A stretch of DNA of 64,000 nucleotides from Blasia pusilla. Its lineage: Eukaryota. The notes under the pieces were generated by a model that did not search any database, was not told where the DNA came from, and saw only the letters and a list, made by a program, of their open reading frames with translations. The stretch spans positions 34,162,001 to 34,226,000 of the forward strand of contig CM114271.1 of NCBI GenBank assembly GCA_050084515.1, in the 5' to 3' direction. Positions 39,220 through 52,125 of this stretch are shown here, one piece after another (within the stretch, counting starts at the first letter, position 1; the number at the start of each line of letters is the position of its first letter). The position numbers were made by a program, and so were the translations under genes.

Positions 39220-39660
39220 AAAAATAAAGAGTAGTAAAAACGGCACACCCGGTCTAAAATTCGACTTCTCAATCTACATCGGCATATCGAGCCTCGTCCA
39301 CCCTGTGCTATCAAGGAATCCGGACGCTAGCACCCTAGTCCTAGCTCACACACATACAAGGGAGGTGCTCCAACGGCCCAACATGAGAAAGATGGCTTAG
39401 GAAAGCCATCTTCCTCTCTTATATAGGCCCTAAAAATAGCCCTTCCCTTGGTAACTGCGCACCCCGGGTGACCTGGTCAACAAGTCATCCGGCTGTAAAA
39501 GACCTCAACATGAAAGTTGTCAGGAACGACATTCTTGACACAATGGATCTATCCTCAACCTCATCCGACACTGTGGGACAAAATTACACTCAAGATAGTC
39601 CGCTGGCTCCTACGCCCTATCCACGATAGATCTCGGCCTATCGGCTACTCAGATGTGACA
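39220..39660 (-). repeat. Repeat A1 (5' LTR-like end) with TATATAA box at ~39419-39425
   Basis: Matches 32545-33024; begins TGTCAC on the minus strand. Confidence 0.9.
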
Positions 39661-39810
39661 ATTTGCAAACACCTCTCTAATTGAAAAATGAATAACAATA
39701 AAATATTTCACATATTACGGACAACAAATTTTTTTAAATTTAAAATGATATATTAATCTTTTTTATTTCCCGCGTATGGTAGTTGCATCTTACTCGTCAT
39801 CCTTTCATTA

Positions 39811-40330
39811 GCGGATGTTGTAGTGATGGATCCTACGCCGGAGGCGGTGCGAGCCCAAGTGGTAACACAAGAGAGATTGCTACAAAGAGCGGCGGCGGTC
39901 AAGAAGACCCACATTTATAGTCGACTTCATGATGAACATCGATTTATCCCCCTAGCTATTGAGATGTACGGGGCGATGGGGGAGAGGTTTGACTCGTTCC
40001 TTACGGATTGCGCCCATCATCTCCAGTCGAGAAATGGGTTGTCCTTAGCCACTGGGATACTTTATTGTAGGCAACGGGTCTCCATAGCTTTGCAGCGCGG
40101 CTAGGCAAATGGGCCTGCGGCAGGCTCAGGCGGTTGGAGACGCCAACGCTAGAGCCCACTTAGTAGTAGTCATAGTTCTCTAGGTGTTGCTAATATGATC
40201 TCTGCTGTTGGTGATTTTGGTCATTGGGGGAAGGCCCCCTTCTTTCTCCTCGGAGCCGGTTCTAACTTCCTGAGGTCTATTTTTTGGTTCTCTATCATTT
40301 GTATCGCGATGGGTTTTCTTCATATATTTT
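39811..40330 (+). mobile_element. 5'-truncated 3' fragment of the same CRE-like LINE family (RLE C-terminus and 3' UTR)
   Basis: Aligns by eye with ~5077-5590; encodes AAAVKKTHIY..HRFIPLAIEMYGAMGERFDSFL..RQRVSIALQRG. Confidence 0.85.
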
Positions 40331-42497
40331 ACTTCTTCCCCTTTCAGAATGAAAACAGTGTTCGTCACTAACGGACGAAGAACGATAAAGATAGGAAAGG
40401 AATATGAGCACACGGGGGAGAGGAGCGCCGTTGCGCGCATATCGTGGACAGCGGACGAGGAGGAGAAGGAACACGGAGCGGCAGGGAGCAAGTAAATCCG
40501 AGCGCTGGATTCATTCATGGGCTCATTGGCGAGAAGAAATCCGCCAATGAATCCGAGTCCATGCGTCTCTTCCAGCCTTCCACTCGGCTGCTCCGGACGC
40601 ATACGACTGTCACATATTACGTCTTACGTACGAAAGAGAGAGAGACATGGAGAAGTCGATGGGGTGGTCAGTACAAGTCCTCGGCGGGCAATTAAGTCGC
40701 GAGGACCCATGCCCTCCCTCATGACCGCATCACGAGATTATCACCACCGCTTCTCTATCGTCGAGACGAGATCAACGTGAAAACGCGAATGGTCTCGGGA
40801 TCGTCGCGACGGGAGGCGGTGCGTTGCATTGCATGGAGCTCGTGCTTCCGGGGACTGATTGTCAAGTGAAGTGAAGTGAAGGGAAGGGGAATCAAGAAAT
40901 GGGGTGTAAAGTAGGAAAGGGTATGGTGAGCACAAGTCACTTCGTCGCATGGGGATCGGATGAGTGAGTGAGGGAAGGAATGAAATGAGGCGTTCTCGGC
41001 TGATTCACGTGATTTCAAGGGATCGCTAGAAGGAATAAATTCAGGTGTCGACAACAATCCAGTCTTGAGGTGGTGGTGCTCGTTGATTGGTCGGGTGGTT
41101 AGTTGCGTTGATTCCATGGTGGCTTCGATTGAATGCGGGAGTTGAAAATATTCGTGGCCAGAGGAGAGGAGGTTGAGAGGATGGGGGAAGTTAGGGGAGT
41201 GAAGTGAGGCTTTGCAGTGGAGGTGTTTTCGTTCGTGGGGTCCCTCGACTCATTTCATGGTATGGAATGAATGAGTTGAAAATATTCCTCGCTTTTGGAG
41301 GAGAGGGGAGAGACATCTTTCGGTTGGTCGATTTGAAGGTATGAATGAATGCAGCAGTTGGGAAATATTGTCATCTTGAGAAGAGGGAAGAAAGAGAGGA
41401 GTTGTTTCGTTGGTTCCGTTCATTTCACCGATGTTCAAATGAGCGGATGAGTGCGTCAATGAATGCGCAGTGTAAAAAACACTCTCGTCTCGAGGAAAAG
41501 GAGAGGAGGACGAAAAGTTTCCTTCGATCCGAGACGCAAAGTGTGAAAAGCTACGCGCGACGGACGGAGTTGTCGCCGTCTCTTTAGATATGGAGGAGCA
41601 CACCCCCGAGCCATGAATATACGTACGAATTTGCATCGGGTACGTACTTTCATACACTCCTTTGCGTCCGAAGATCCGCAAGACCGTATGTATGCCCAAT
41701 CGAAAAAGCCTCCGGGAGATATACATCGATCGAATCGATCCATCAATGAAAGCGTTTGTCCCCCCCTGCTCTCCAGACTCCGATGTCTCCGTTACACCGC
41801 ACTGGCCCATCAATGCGTCGTTGGCCTTGCTCTGGGTGCCCTAAGTTGCCCTCCTCCTCCTCATCTTCTTCATTTCACTCGTGCGCTCTTCCTCCGGCAC
41901 CAACTCCCTCCTCCTCCGTGTTCATTTCATTTCACTCGTGTGATCGTTCGTGCGAAACCCACTCCCTGTGGAGGACGTTTTCACTTCGCTCGTGCGCGCC
42001 ATCAAACCCCACCTCCATTTCCACGACATTCCTCCCACCATTCTCTTCCGCAATTCCGCCTCCCCACCGATTGAATGTCGATACTGCGGACACTGAACGT
42101 TCGCCTTCGGGAGAGCGAGCGACGCCCGCGGTTCAGGGTGTGGCATCCTCGCGCCTGCGAGCTGCGGGAGGGCCTACATGGATGGGGAGGGCGGGTTCCG
42201 CGTCCGGTGGGCATGCGCGAGGGAGAGAAAAGGTTGGAGTCTGCAAAGGGGAGGGGAGCAAAGTTCAGCAAACGCAAATGGGGGGGGGGACATAGACAAC
42301 CGCTTTATGTCAGCGATGAAACGCGAACCTCAGTTCGCAATCATCACGTCCTTCGACGCATGGAATCATCGCGTCCCCAAAGGCGCGCACGCACGCAACG
42401 ATGGCAGCAGGCGAGTCTCGCTTCCGATCCCCTGGACTCTGGACGAAGAGCGAGCGAGCGAGGTCGGTCGACTGATTTAATGATGATGGATTGATTG

Positions 42498-42524
42498 ACG
42501 GACGGACGGACGGACGGACGGACG
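42498..42524. repeat. (ACGG)n microsatellite
   Basis: Direct reading of the sequence. Confidence 0.85.
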
Positions 42525-44001
42525 GGTTGAGGGCGCCCTGTGGAAAGCGAGGAGGTTATGAGAAAGCCTGGGTGGGACTCTGGAGGCGCCTTGTCTGGGA
42601 TACAGGGGATTTAGGGGAGAGAGGCGCAAAATGAAAGAGAGAAAAAGGTGCGAGAGCCGGGGCAGAGGGCAATGAATGCAGTGCGTGATCTCGATGATGA
42701 CACGCAGAAATAATTGGTGTTCGATGCGGATGCGGATGCGGCTAACGGGACTCGGGAGACGACGAGGATGATGACGACGGACCCGCCGGCCGTACGCTTC
42801 CGCTAGTTCCGTCGGTCGGAGCTATAGATCGTTCGGTGGTTGCTGCTACCGAGACAGACGCGGCGCGGTTCGGTGGCGTGCATGGGAACCGATTAAGAGG
42901 CGGGGGGCGTCCGCTGCGCAAGCTTTCCTTGAGAGGGAAAACTCGAGCGAAAGAGTTTAGAGTAGAGAGGAGGGGGCGGAGGAACGCATCATCTGCTTCG
43001 TGCAAGCTTTCGAGGAGATGTCCAACAGCGCGTCGTGACCTTCCGTCTCGAGGCTGCAAATCTGCAGGCAGGCACACGGACCGAAACCAGGTTGCCATGG
43101 GCCTTTCATCGGTCCGTCCGTGTCTTTAGATGAGTTGTTGACGTGCGTCCACCCTCGTAAGATTGCACTAGAGTGGAGCGGCTTGGCATAGGTCATGGGT
43201 ACCTATCTGTCGGTCCCGATCTTCATGCCATGTCAACGCTGCCACAAGAGTTCGAAAAGCACTGGAGAGTGTGGATCAGCATATCCCACCGTTGGGTGAA
43301 GATTCTCCCACCTGCGAGGTAGTATCTGTATTCCGAGAGGCACATAGCAAAGTAAATAGTTACGATGTGAGAAAGTGCTGGTCGGTCCCCGATATAAACT
43401 CTTTCGAAGTTTTGAACTGCACATCTTTCCACATTGTTCAACCTGATCTTCAAAATCTAATCCGAAAATTTTGAATGTATAACAGATTAAGACCTCCTCG
43501 CAGGACCAAAACTGACATTGGAACAAAATACCCCTCCGTCACATAGCAAGTAGCCTTCCCACAAAAGTACATCTTGAGATAAAGTTGACGATACGTGATC
43601 AGTAGAATAACCAGTAATTGGATTAGTAATTGAACAATTTTCCTCGCTGATCGCTGATTGCTGTAGCTACGCTTAAAAAAAGGCCATGAGCGTCGATACT
43701 CCTAAGCTACAAATTCTGGCTGACGAGCCACGATATGGATCCATGGAGCCGGATGAGGGCTTTGGGTGGACACATCGTTTGCTGCTTGCTAAGTTCTTTG
43801 GCTGCTTGTCGCTTGGCCCTCTTGGATACCCCGGGAACACCTAGTCAGTTTATTCATTCCTTGTTCCGCAGACTCTTTCGAGAAATGCAAGATTCCAATT
43901 GTGAATTCAGCAGTCTACTGTGGTCTACGGGCTTCATCCAACCTGCTCCAGGACATCTGTCAATCGATGCATCTAACAGATAATTGACCGCATCACAAAC
44001 G

Positions 44002-47000
44002 TTAAAGGCGTGAGTAGCTTGCTGCTCGCGGTTCTCGCTCTGCAACAGGCAGTACCAATTCCTCCCCAAGATCTCCCAGAGGAGAAAAATGATAGTCTAC
44101 CAGCTCTGCTGTTACTTGCTCCAAAGAGGGAGGGTTCCACTGCAAAATAATGAACCAGATCCAAAAGAATGTTTTAGGATAACAGTAGCTGAAGAAAATG
44201 TATGCCGTGAAATAAAAGACGTATGAAGCAAGACAGAGATTACACCTCAGGTCTCAATGACCCATTTCAATATGACAAAAACTAAAATTGAAGAAGCTGG
44301 AGGACTGATTACCTTGGGTGAATTATCCTTATCTACTAGAAGAGCTCTACAACCTTCCAGAAAATCACTGCTGTAACGGCTTTCCACTGCATGCGCACTC
44401 AACCGAAACTCCCGTTGCAAGCACTGATATAATTGCTGCCTCCTGCCTTCCCTAACCTTTTCAAACACAACGAAATTCACATTTGATTCAAGAATTCTTA
44501 CAGCTTCCCGCCAATCACAAGTTTGTGAGATAGTATAATATTCAATCTAGTAGATAGCATTTGCCCACCCACCCATGCACAAAACGTATCAGATTGCATT
44601 TACATGTCCAGATGATCTCCACAGAAGCACTGAACAAAAGTTGCCCAAGATAAGGATTGTACGGCCAAATTTAACATGGTCCATTTCGATCATTGAGAAG
44701 CAAATTCAGAAGGAATGGTAGGTTCTTGCAGTACCTACCGATCTTAGAGTTACTTTCAAGCTCAAAGGGGAAACTTTTTTCAAAGCAGTAAGGACTTCTT
44801 GATACCAAGGATTTCCTGATTCCACTCCTGCCTCCTGCAAAAGAGATGACGAATTAAAAACTGTGTTCTAACCATAATCACAGATTTTATCCTTGAGGAA
44901 TCACCAGGCTCTGGCTCTATTCCAATCATGTCAATTTCCTGTATCTTGTAAAAAGAAAGGATAATTCCTCCTATGGACAGACATACGATAAACAAGCACA
45001 TAAAGCATTCGTATTACACGGAGGTAACTGCAGCTGTAAGCGAGCACACTGAGACAGGTGAAGAACTTACTACGGCACGGACAATTTCCTCCATAGAACT
45101 TCTCCCAAAGCAGCTGTCAATTTCTTTCCTCCTGCAAACAGCAACATAAGTAGAATAACATGTCAGTTTGCACTTGGCAAGAAGGGTACTGATGCTGGAG
45201 TAAAACCGTCTCAGAGAGAGTAACAAGCGAGACGGCAACTGATCAAAAAGCTCTTCAAATCTAAATCCACTTGACTTCCAGAAGATTTAACCTAACAAAA
45301 CCTCTTAGACTCACTGCAAGAAAGTTACCTGTGAAGAGGACTTTTCACACTCAGATGCACAATGTCACAAAACTCGTCTATAGCATTGCTGACAACAGCT
45401 ATATCTTCCGTGTTTAGAGAACCTAGACGCTCCTCAAGCATTGCCAGTCGCTGTTACACGAAACATTATGAAACCAATTCAGCTATCAGTTTACACCTAG
45501 AAGCTCCAATGGTAAAATTGCTATGATGCATGGTTGAGGACACCTTGAGAACACCTACAAAAAAGATAAAAAATATAAAGGCGCCATACACAATGTTAAA
45601 CATCAGTCAAGCTTGGAACATTACATGTGATGGTACAAAGTGAGTAGCCAAGTTGGTGGCAACCATGTCTGCTCCGTCAAGCCGAGTTCCAGTAGTAGCC
45701 AAAAACTCCCCTGTTTAACAGAACCGAGCTCGGCTTTGAGTCACTGGCATGTAACATGATAACTGTAGCTGATGCCCACTGAGTCTCAGACAGCGGATGA
45801 GGAAAGCTACAAAGATCACACGGAATAAAAATGCTACGATCCGTTCAGGAAGTTCTTGTCACATACCTAAATGCCCTGGTAGCCTTGACAGGTAGTACGA
45901 GGCACCCACATCAGGGTGGAGTCCTATTGCAGTCTCCGGCATGGCGAACAACTAGAATCAAGCATACATCCAAATTATATCACGAGTCTATAACTCAACA
46001 TTCTGGGAATTCTAACTAGCCTGCTGGGATTTTCCAAGATAACTTGTTGACATAGTCCAATTCATGCTTAATGGACTGAATACTAATATGGACGCACCAT
46101 GCCACTATGACCCGCAACTGAGTAGATTTTGGGCTTCACTCAATAGATCTGCCGCTGATAGTGCAGATAACTTGCCAAGCAGATTATATTCTCAAAAATT
46201 TATGAGGTTCAGTGCATAAAATTGCAGTGAAATGTTAGAAGAAAAATGTAGCTTACCGAGTTCTCAGTTGCCACTCGAAAAGTTCCATGAATTGAGAGCC
46301 CAGTTCCACCCCCCATCACTACCCCATTGAGTAAAGCTACCTGTTTTTTTGTGACTTAGATTCTATTAGAACTGAGTAACAGAATTCAGACTTCGTTACA
46401 GATTTACAGGAGGTATATAATGAAAGGATGCCTTCAAAAGCCAGAAAACAACAATTAAATTGACATACAATCAGTCCCTCAAGCTAAAACAAAATCTGAT
46501 CCACATACAACTATGAAGGGAGAGTCTTGTCATCACACCCACTGGCTTATTCTCAAGAATCTATCAACAACTCCTGCTCTATCCTCTGAAAACAGCACCC
46601 AAGGTTGGAAACTTACATGAGGCTTCTTGTAGGTCCCAATCAAGTAATTGAGGACATATTCTTTCCTGAAGTATTCTATTGCCAGTTCCATGTTTCCTGC
46701 ATACTTAAGTGACCAGTCAGATTTGATCCGAAAATACAAGTACACAGACCAAGGGCATATTTTTTTGAGGCAGATCTCTCAACTTCATGAGACCTATGCT
46801 CTCCAACACTTGCATGCCTCTTATCTACCGGTTCCTAAACTACCAGGCTTCAAGATAGACTGTTATGAGACCAGCTCAGTCAGCAAACTCGCGGCATGAT
46901 GGTCATAATATCAATCAAAAGATGCAACCATCAAACAAAACCCATACACTTAAGACTTAGGGCATACCTGCCTTCTGCAATTGATAGACTCCTGCAACAT

Positions 47001-48171
47001 CTCCCCCTGCACAGAAGCCTCTGCCACTACCCTGTGGAGAACACAATGACTCCATCTTCAAAACCCTAATTTCCTCCGACACAAATCTTATTGTTACTCT
47101 TTTTCAAGTCATTCTTTTCCAAGATCCTCCATCAGAGACCACAACATAAGCTGCCCTTCCAATTATTTACAGTCCTCTTTAGTTTTCAAAATAATGCGCA
47201 CCTCCAGACACTTCTGACACTGTTTAAAACCAAAACCAAAATAAAAGGCAGCTGGGAGCGTACTTTGAGTATCACCAAATGCACATACGGGTCTTTCTCC
47301 CACCTTTCATACAGATCCCTTAAATCACAAACCTGAACACAGTCGAAGGCAACCAATATTGGGCTGTTATTTGGCAAGTCTCATTAATGAAAGTTCGAAA
47401 GCAATATGCTTGACAAGGCCATAGTGCGTCAACTAGCTCCATAACTGAGGCATCCTGGTAGAACATCCATCCTGTGCAAGTTCTGGGAACTAGGGGCATA
47501 TGTTTGAATTAGTCGAAGATGATCACAAAGTTCGGAGCAAAACACGTAATAAAGATTTTGAGCGATGCTGACATACCATTGGAAGGGAAAGAGCATTCAG
47601 TTTTTTCGGTCGGTTCATGATTGCGATTTTCGTGGCAAATCGTTCCTCCGACAAAATCTGGCATTAAATTTAGTCCAGAAGTTAGAGCCACAAAGTAGCG
47701 CAGCAAATACGATTTTCGTAACAAGTTACGCCGACAACGTCAAGGAACTGTAAAATTCAAACCTTACAGATTCTTGCAGATTCCTGTGAATCGCACAAGA
47801 TCAGGATCGTAACAACCAAATTTTACGCCAATTCGATTGCCACGAAACGAAGCGACAAAAGTTTCTCATTCACGACCACCCATACAAACGCTACGAGCAT
47901 AAATCTCGCGAATCAGCTCTCACATCTTGACGCCTCCCGACCTCTTGAAAGCAGTGGATTGAAACGTGAAAGGCTAATGTATACGCACTTCTCCATCAGA
48001 ACTAGACGACGATGATCCTCCAGACGCCATGGTTGATTGACGAGCTACCACAACATTCGACGTCGGAAAAGAACTGCTGAAAACTGATGAAGCTGCAACC
48101 ACGCCAGGCGCCAGGAGTTTGTTCGCTCTCAGAGCCCTTCCCAACCGCTGCAGTCCAACTTGCTTCAGCAT
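44002..48171 (-). CDS. CHY1: 3-hydroxyisobutyryl-CoA hydrolase (enoyl-CoA hydratase/isomerase family), about 13 exons
   Basis: Exons reconstructed with GT-AG ends encode, in order: [15 protein letters not shown]..., [148 protein letters not shown]. Last exon 44139-44002 reads WNPPSLEQV...YSRL*. Confidence 0.92.
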
Positions 48172-49480
48172 CTCTCCTCTTCCCCTCTCGTCCTCTTCTG
48201 CCCTTCCCGTTCTCCTTTCTCGCGCCGAATCCCGATCTCGTCGCCGCTCACCTTCCTAACAGAGGATCCGCGTTTATTAATTCACCTGTTAGTACGTAAG
48301 AAGTTGACTCGTTGAAAGGTGTAGGAGATGGACCTATGCCCTCCGCTCGCGACCAAAGTCCACAGGAGGAGGAAGAGCAGCAGGAGAAGGAGAAGGAGAA
48401 ACAGGTCCAAAGGAAAGGAATCAATCCCAAGATGAGCAGTCCGCTTACGCTTCTCCGAAGAAACTACAAACATGTCATCATCTACGCTAATCCAATCGAA
48501 TCTAATCTAATCGATCGGTTCATCCACTCGCGAACTAACGGCAATAGATCCGGATTCATTTCATCATCCCCCCGCGCTCTACATTAGGGATATTTTAAGA
48601 AGCGCAACGCACCACAAATTTACGCTTCGTGTATCGAGAGAAACGCCTCGAGTTGAAATTTTGCACGTGAAGTGTATGGCGAAAGCGTAATTGGCGCCTG
48701 AAAGCTTTGATGCCTTGGAATTCGCGCACGAGTGTATCGCGTACGGTGAAATCGCCTATGTCCGATTCGCACATTCAAGACTCCTCCATGTATTGCATAC
48801 AAACCTTTCCCCTCAAATGGGAAGAGATTTACATGAGTTGCGAATGGAACTAGTGTGCTCTATAATGTATAGGCTTTACGAAGTAGTTATTTGATAGTTG
48901 GATAAGTAATACGCATTAGTGCCTACTAGTGTAAGCCAAAGAGATGCGAGTTAAATTTTTTTCATATTTAATTTATTGAGAGTTTAAAAGGTGAATTATT
49001 TATTATTTGAAAATTTAAATTTTCATAAGAAGTTTGTTAACAAAATGAAAGGACATTCTCAAATAAAAATATGGTTTTTTCACGTATTTATCATATTATA
49101 ATAAAATTGTTACAATTTTTTTATAATGCACTTATTATTTGAATCTTCTAACATATTTTCTTCGCTTATGAATAGAAGTTAGAAAAATTTAAGCACCCTC
49201 TCCTCTTATTGTAATATAGATGTCCTTCCCCACTTTTATTAAAATTTAAAATTTGGTAACTTTTCTCCTGGAAATTTTCTACCCTTTTTTTAATAAATTT
49301 TTTCATTTAAAGAAATGTATCATCCTTACTCCATAATTCATTGGGAAATGTTTTCCTAACCCCTCATCTCTTTATTTGAAGAAAATCATCCCTTCACCCC
49401 TCTTCCCTTAACTCCCTTCTAACCCAATTAATAGTTTGCCATCTATTCCTCAAATATCAAGTATCTACAATTGGGCTTCC

Positions 49481-49780
49481 ATTTATTAAAAGAAAGAGAA
49501 ATCTCTTCTCATGCACTTTGGAATAATTCTTGTTCCAATTCCTTCAACTTCATTTTGAAGTAGAATAAAATCTTTGCATTGATTGTCATATGTGGAATTG
49601 ATAGTTTGCTCTCTAGTACTCTTATGTTAAATTTCAAGTGTCTACTATTTGACTACTATTTATTTAAAGAAAGAGGAAGATCTTCTCATGCACTTTGAAA
49701 TAATGATCTTCCCAATTCCTTCAGCTTCATTTTGAAGTAAAATAAAATCTTTGTATTTTCATTTGTGGAATCTAGTGTTT
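49481..49780 (+). repeat. Direct repeat pair of ~120 bp
   Basis: aaagaaagag..tcttctcatgcacttt..aataat..ccaattccttca.cttcattttgaagta.aataaaatctttg at ~49488 and ~49666. Confidence 0.75.
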
Positions 49781-51879
49781 CTTTTGATGTGAGAATGTAT
49801 AGATGTGTCTACAAGTTATTTTGTGGGAGGAAGATAGACATTATGTGTCCATTTTTCTACCAACTAAAGGATGGAATTGTCATGTGACACTCAACAATTC
49901 CTTCCCGAAATTCTAAGAACACAACTATCTTAATTTAGAGCACTTTGTCACTTAAGGAAATTTCTTGTACTTAAGAGGGCATGAGGATATTGTTTCATTT
50001 CTATGCCTAATTTATACCACTATTGCAAACCATTTCTTCAAGTTTCGACACTATATTGCTCTATTGTGGTATTTTGGATCTTTCAAGTTTTGACATGTGT
50101 CTTTGATTCAATTTTAAAAACACCATATTTACATATTTAAAAGCATAATATATGTTACTTTTCATGCTATTTTATGTACATCATGCTATTTGTAACTATG
50201 CATCACATGAGCATGTTACTAGTATATCTTGGAAATAGGAAAAAGGGTAGGCAAAATCCCATGCAATTGCATGGAGCCTTTAGTAACCCATCCCAATCCC
50301 GTTTGGGAAGGAAAGCCTCATTTATACTATTAAGAAAGGATGGGTTTACCAAATTCTTCCTCGTGAAGTTGACACTTGATATTAAAAAACTCCTCTCATA
50401 TTAATACCTATCACTTTAGTGATTTAAGTTAAGGATAAAGAATAAAGACAAAAGAGAATTAGGTTAAGGGAATGATGGAAACTCCCATGAATAGGGTGAT
50501 GTGGAACCCATAACCATGAAAAAGAAAGTGATTTCAACGTTTGATTCTTCCCTTCCCTTTCCTAAACTCTAAATTACCGGTTTATACCTAGAAGGGACCC
50601 CATATCCAAGACTCTCGGGTGGGAATGGCCAAGTTTGTTTGCATAGTGGGCATATAGATGGATCTATATGCCCCTCCTCCATCTATATTATTATTGTTTC
50701 TTGATTTGCAAACATTTGCACAAGTGACCAGCAAGAAAATTAAATTTGTGTGCCGGATTATTAGTCCCTTCACGAGTTATTACCTTACTAGTACTCATTA
50801 CATTCACGCCGCACTACGCCTCCTTCTTTGAGTTGTCACCTCCATGGGTGTGATCTTCTCGTACTCCATTCTTCGAGTCCTCCTCTTTGGAGTTCCCATC
50901 GAAAATACCAAAGATGTACAACGAATGAATGAAGGATTATTCACTCTATTCCATGTTTGAGAAGAGAAGATTCTTGCATCTTTTGATAACTGTCGGTATG
51001 CGTGACATGTATGAGTAGAGTTCCTGCTGCTCGTCCCTACTCTCTTCGGTATTCTTGTCATTCCCCTCTCGGAGGAAATGGAGATCAGTGGATCAGGCAT
51101 TAGGCAGTGGGCAATAAATTTGTTGTTGCCCTCGTGTTTTCTGTCGACCTTGGTGGACTGGAAGAGTAGGGAGTGAAACTCCAAGAGAGCATGTGCGCAT
51201 GGAGGCGAGTCGTATTGAAGTCCAGCAACGGCAAGAAGGAGGACAAGGACCGGCACAGGAGATCACCCGGCAGCCCACGTACACCGATCGCGACGTTGAA
51301 TTCTCAAGAGACTGCATGTGGAATGCACACATTGAGAAGACCACTGAGTTACGTGAATGAGAAGCAGGTGAAAGGACTGTCGAGTTTCCTACACTGCCGA
51401 GATCTCCCATCGGAAGTAAAGCGAGCGATCATTTGGCATAGCATTCATTCCTCGCTGGAATCTGGTGCGGCAGTGGTTAGGGTGCCAAAACCAAACAAAA
51501 AGGGACAGGCTTTGAAGCTGTGCGCAACTGGAAGCATTTCGGCGTGTGATTTTAGCATCCTCACGGCCATCAATATTCCAAAGTGTTGGTGGGGACGATT
51601 CGGAGCCTAACAAGGCCAGCGAAGCAGGCCAAATCTTGGACTGTAAAGGTTCACGAGATTGTGCAAGCAACCAAGCTCCCTGCAGGGCCTGAAACGTGGG
51701 AGAAAGATGAGAAACCATTTGTGGATGAAACATCTACTACTTGGTCTCCTGCACAAGATTCAGAGCACACAGAACAAGAGCAAGAGCATATGCTGATATT
51801 GCTAAGCTGGTAACGCCAGAATTTTCGAACGCATTCAGCAGCCTAGAGATTGACTGCCCACAGCTGCTACACTGGTAAG

Positions 51880-52125
51880 TAATGTGTGTTGGGAATCCAA
51901 ATCAGGTTAAGTAGATGGTGTTGTAAAGAGCTTCCTGGATGACACTTGAAGTTCTGCACCAACACTCTTGTATGGTCAGCACTCACCCTGTTTGAGAGTG
52001 TCTCCCTCCTCTCATATAGTACCTTCTTCACTTCTTCCTCTCTCTACACCCATCCCAGTCTCAAGCACCGTCCAACCAGGGCACGGGATGTATGGTGGCG
52101 AGGCCACGACAGGCACCACTTAATG
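51880..52125. repeat. Dispersed ~245-bp repeat, copy 1 (copy 2 at 60819-61064)
   Basis: Colinear, clearly homologous sequence in the same orientation. Confidence 0.85.

Larger units (their letters stand above)
32408..39660 (-). mobile_element. Ty3/gypsy-type retrotransposon with DNMT3-like methyltransferase, PHD-finger integrase and split direct repeats; defective copy
   Basis: Ends TGTC...GACA with 4-bp TSD ATTT (32404-32407, 39661-39664). Minus-strand domain order PR-DNMT-RT-RNaseH-INT-PHD. Confidence 0.93.

Noticed and set aside
32408-39660. Classification as a DIRS/Ngaro tyrosine-recombinase element because of the split repeats and methyltransferase
   Set aside because: No YR domain is seen; a clear HHCC-DDE integrase, a protease, TG..CA ends and a TSD are present, and the methylase is C5-type rather than the Dam-like type of DIRS.
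39790-40347. Possible TSD around the truncated LINE copy (ttactcgtcatcctttca / ttacttcttcccctttca)
   Set aside because: Only 13/18 identity in pyrimidine-rich sequence.
50804-51813. Overlapping 100-150 aa ORFs downstream of PDX2
   Set aside because: No recognisable domain or consistent exon structure.
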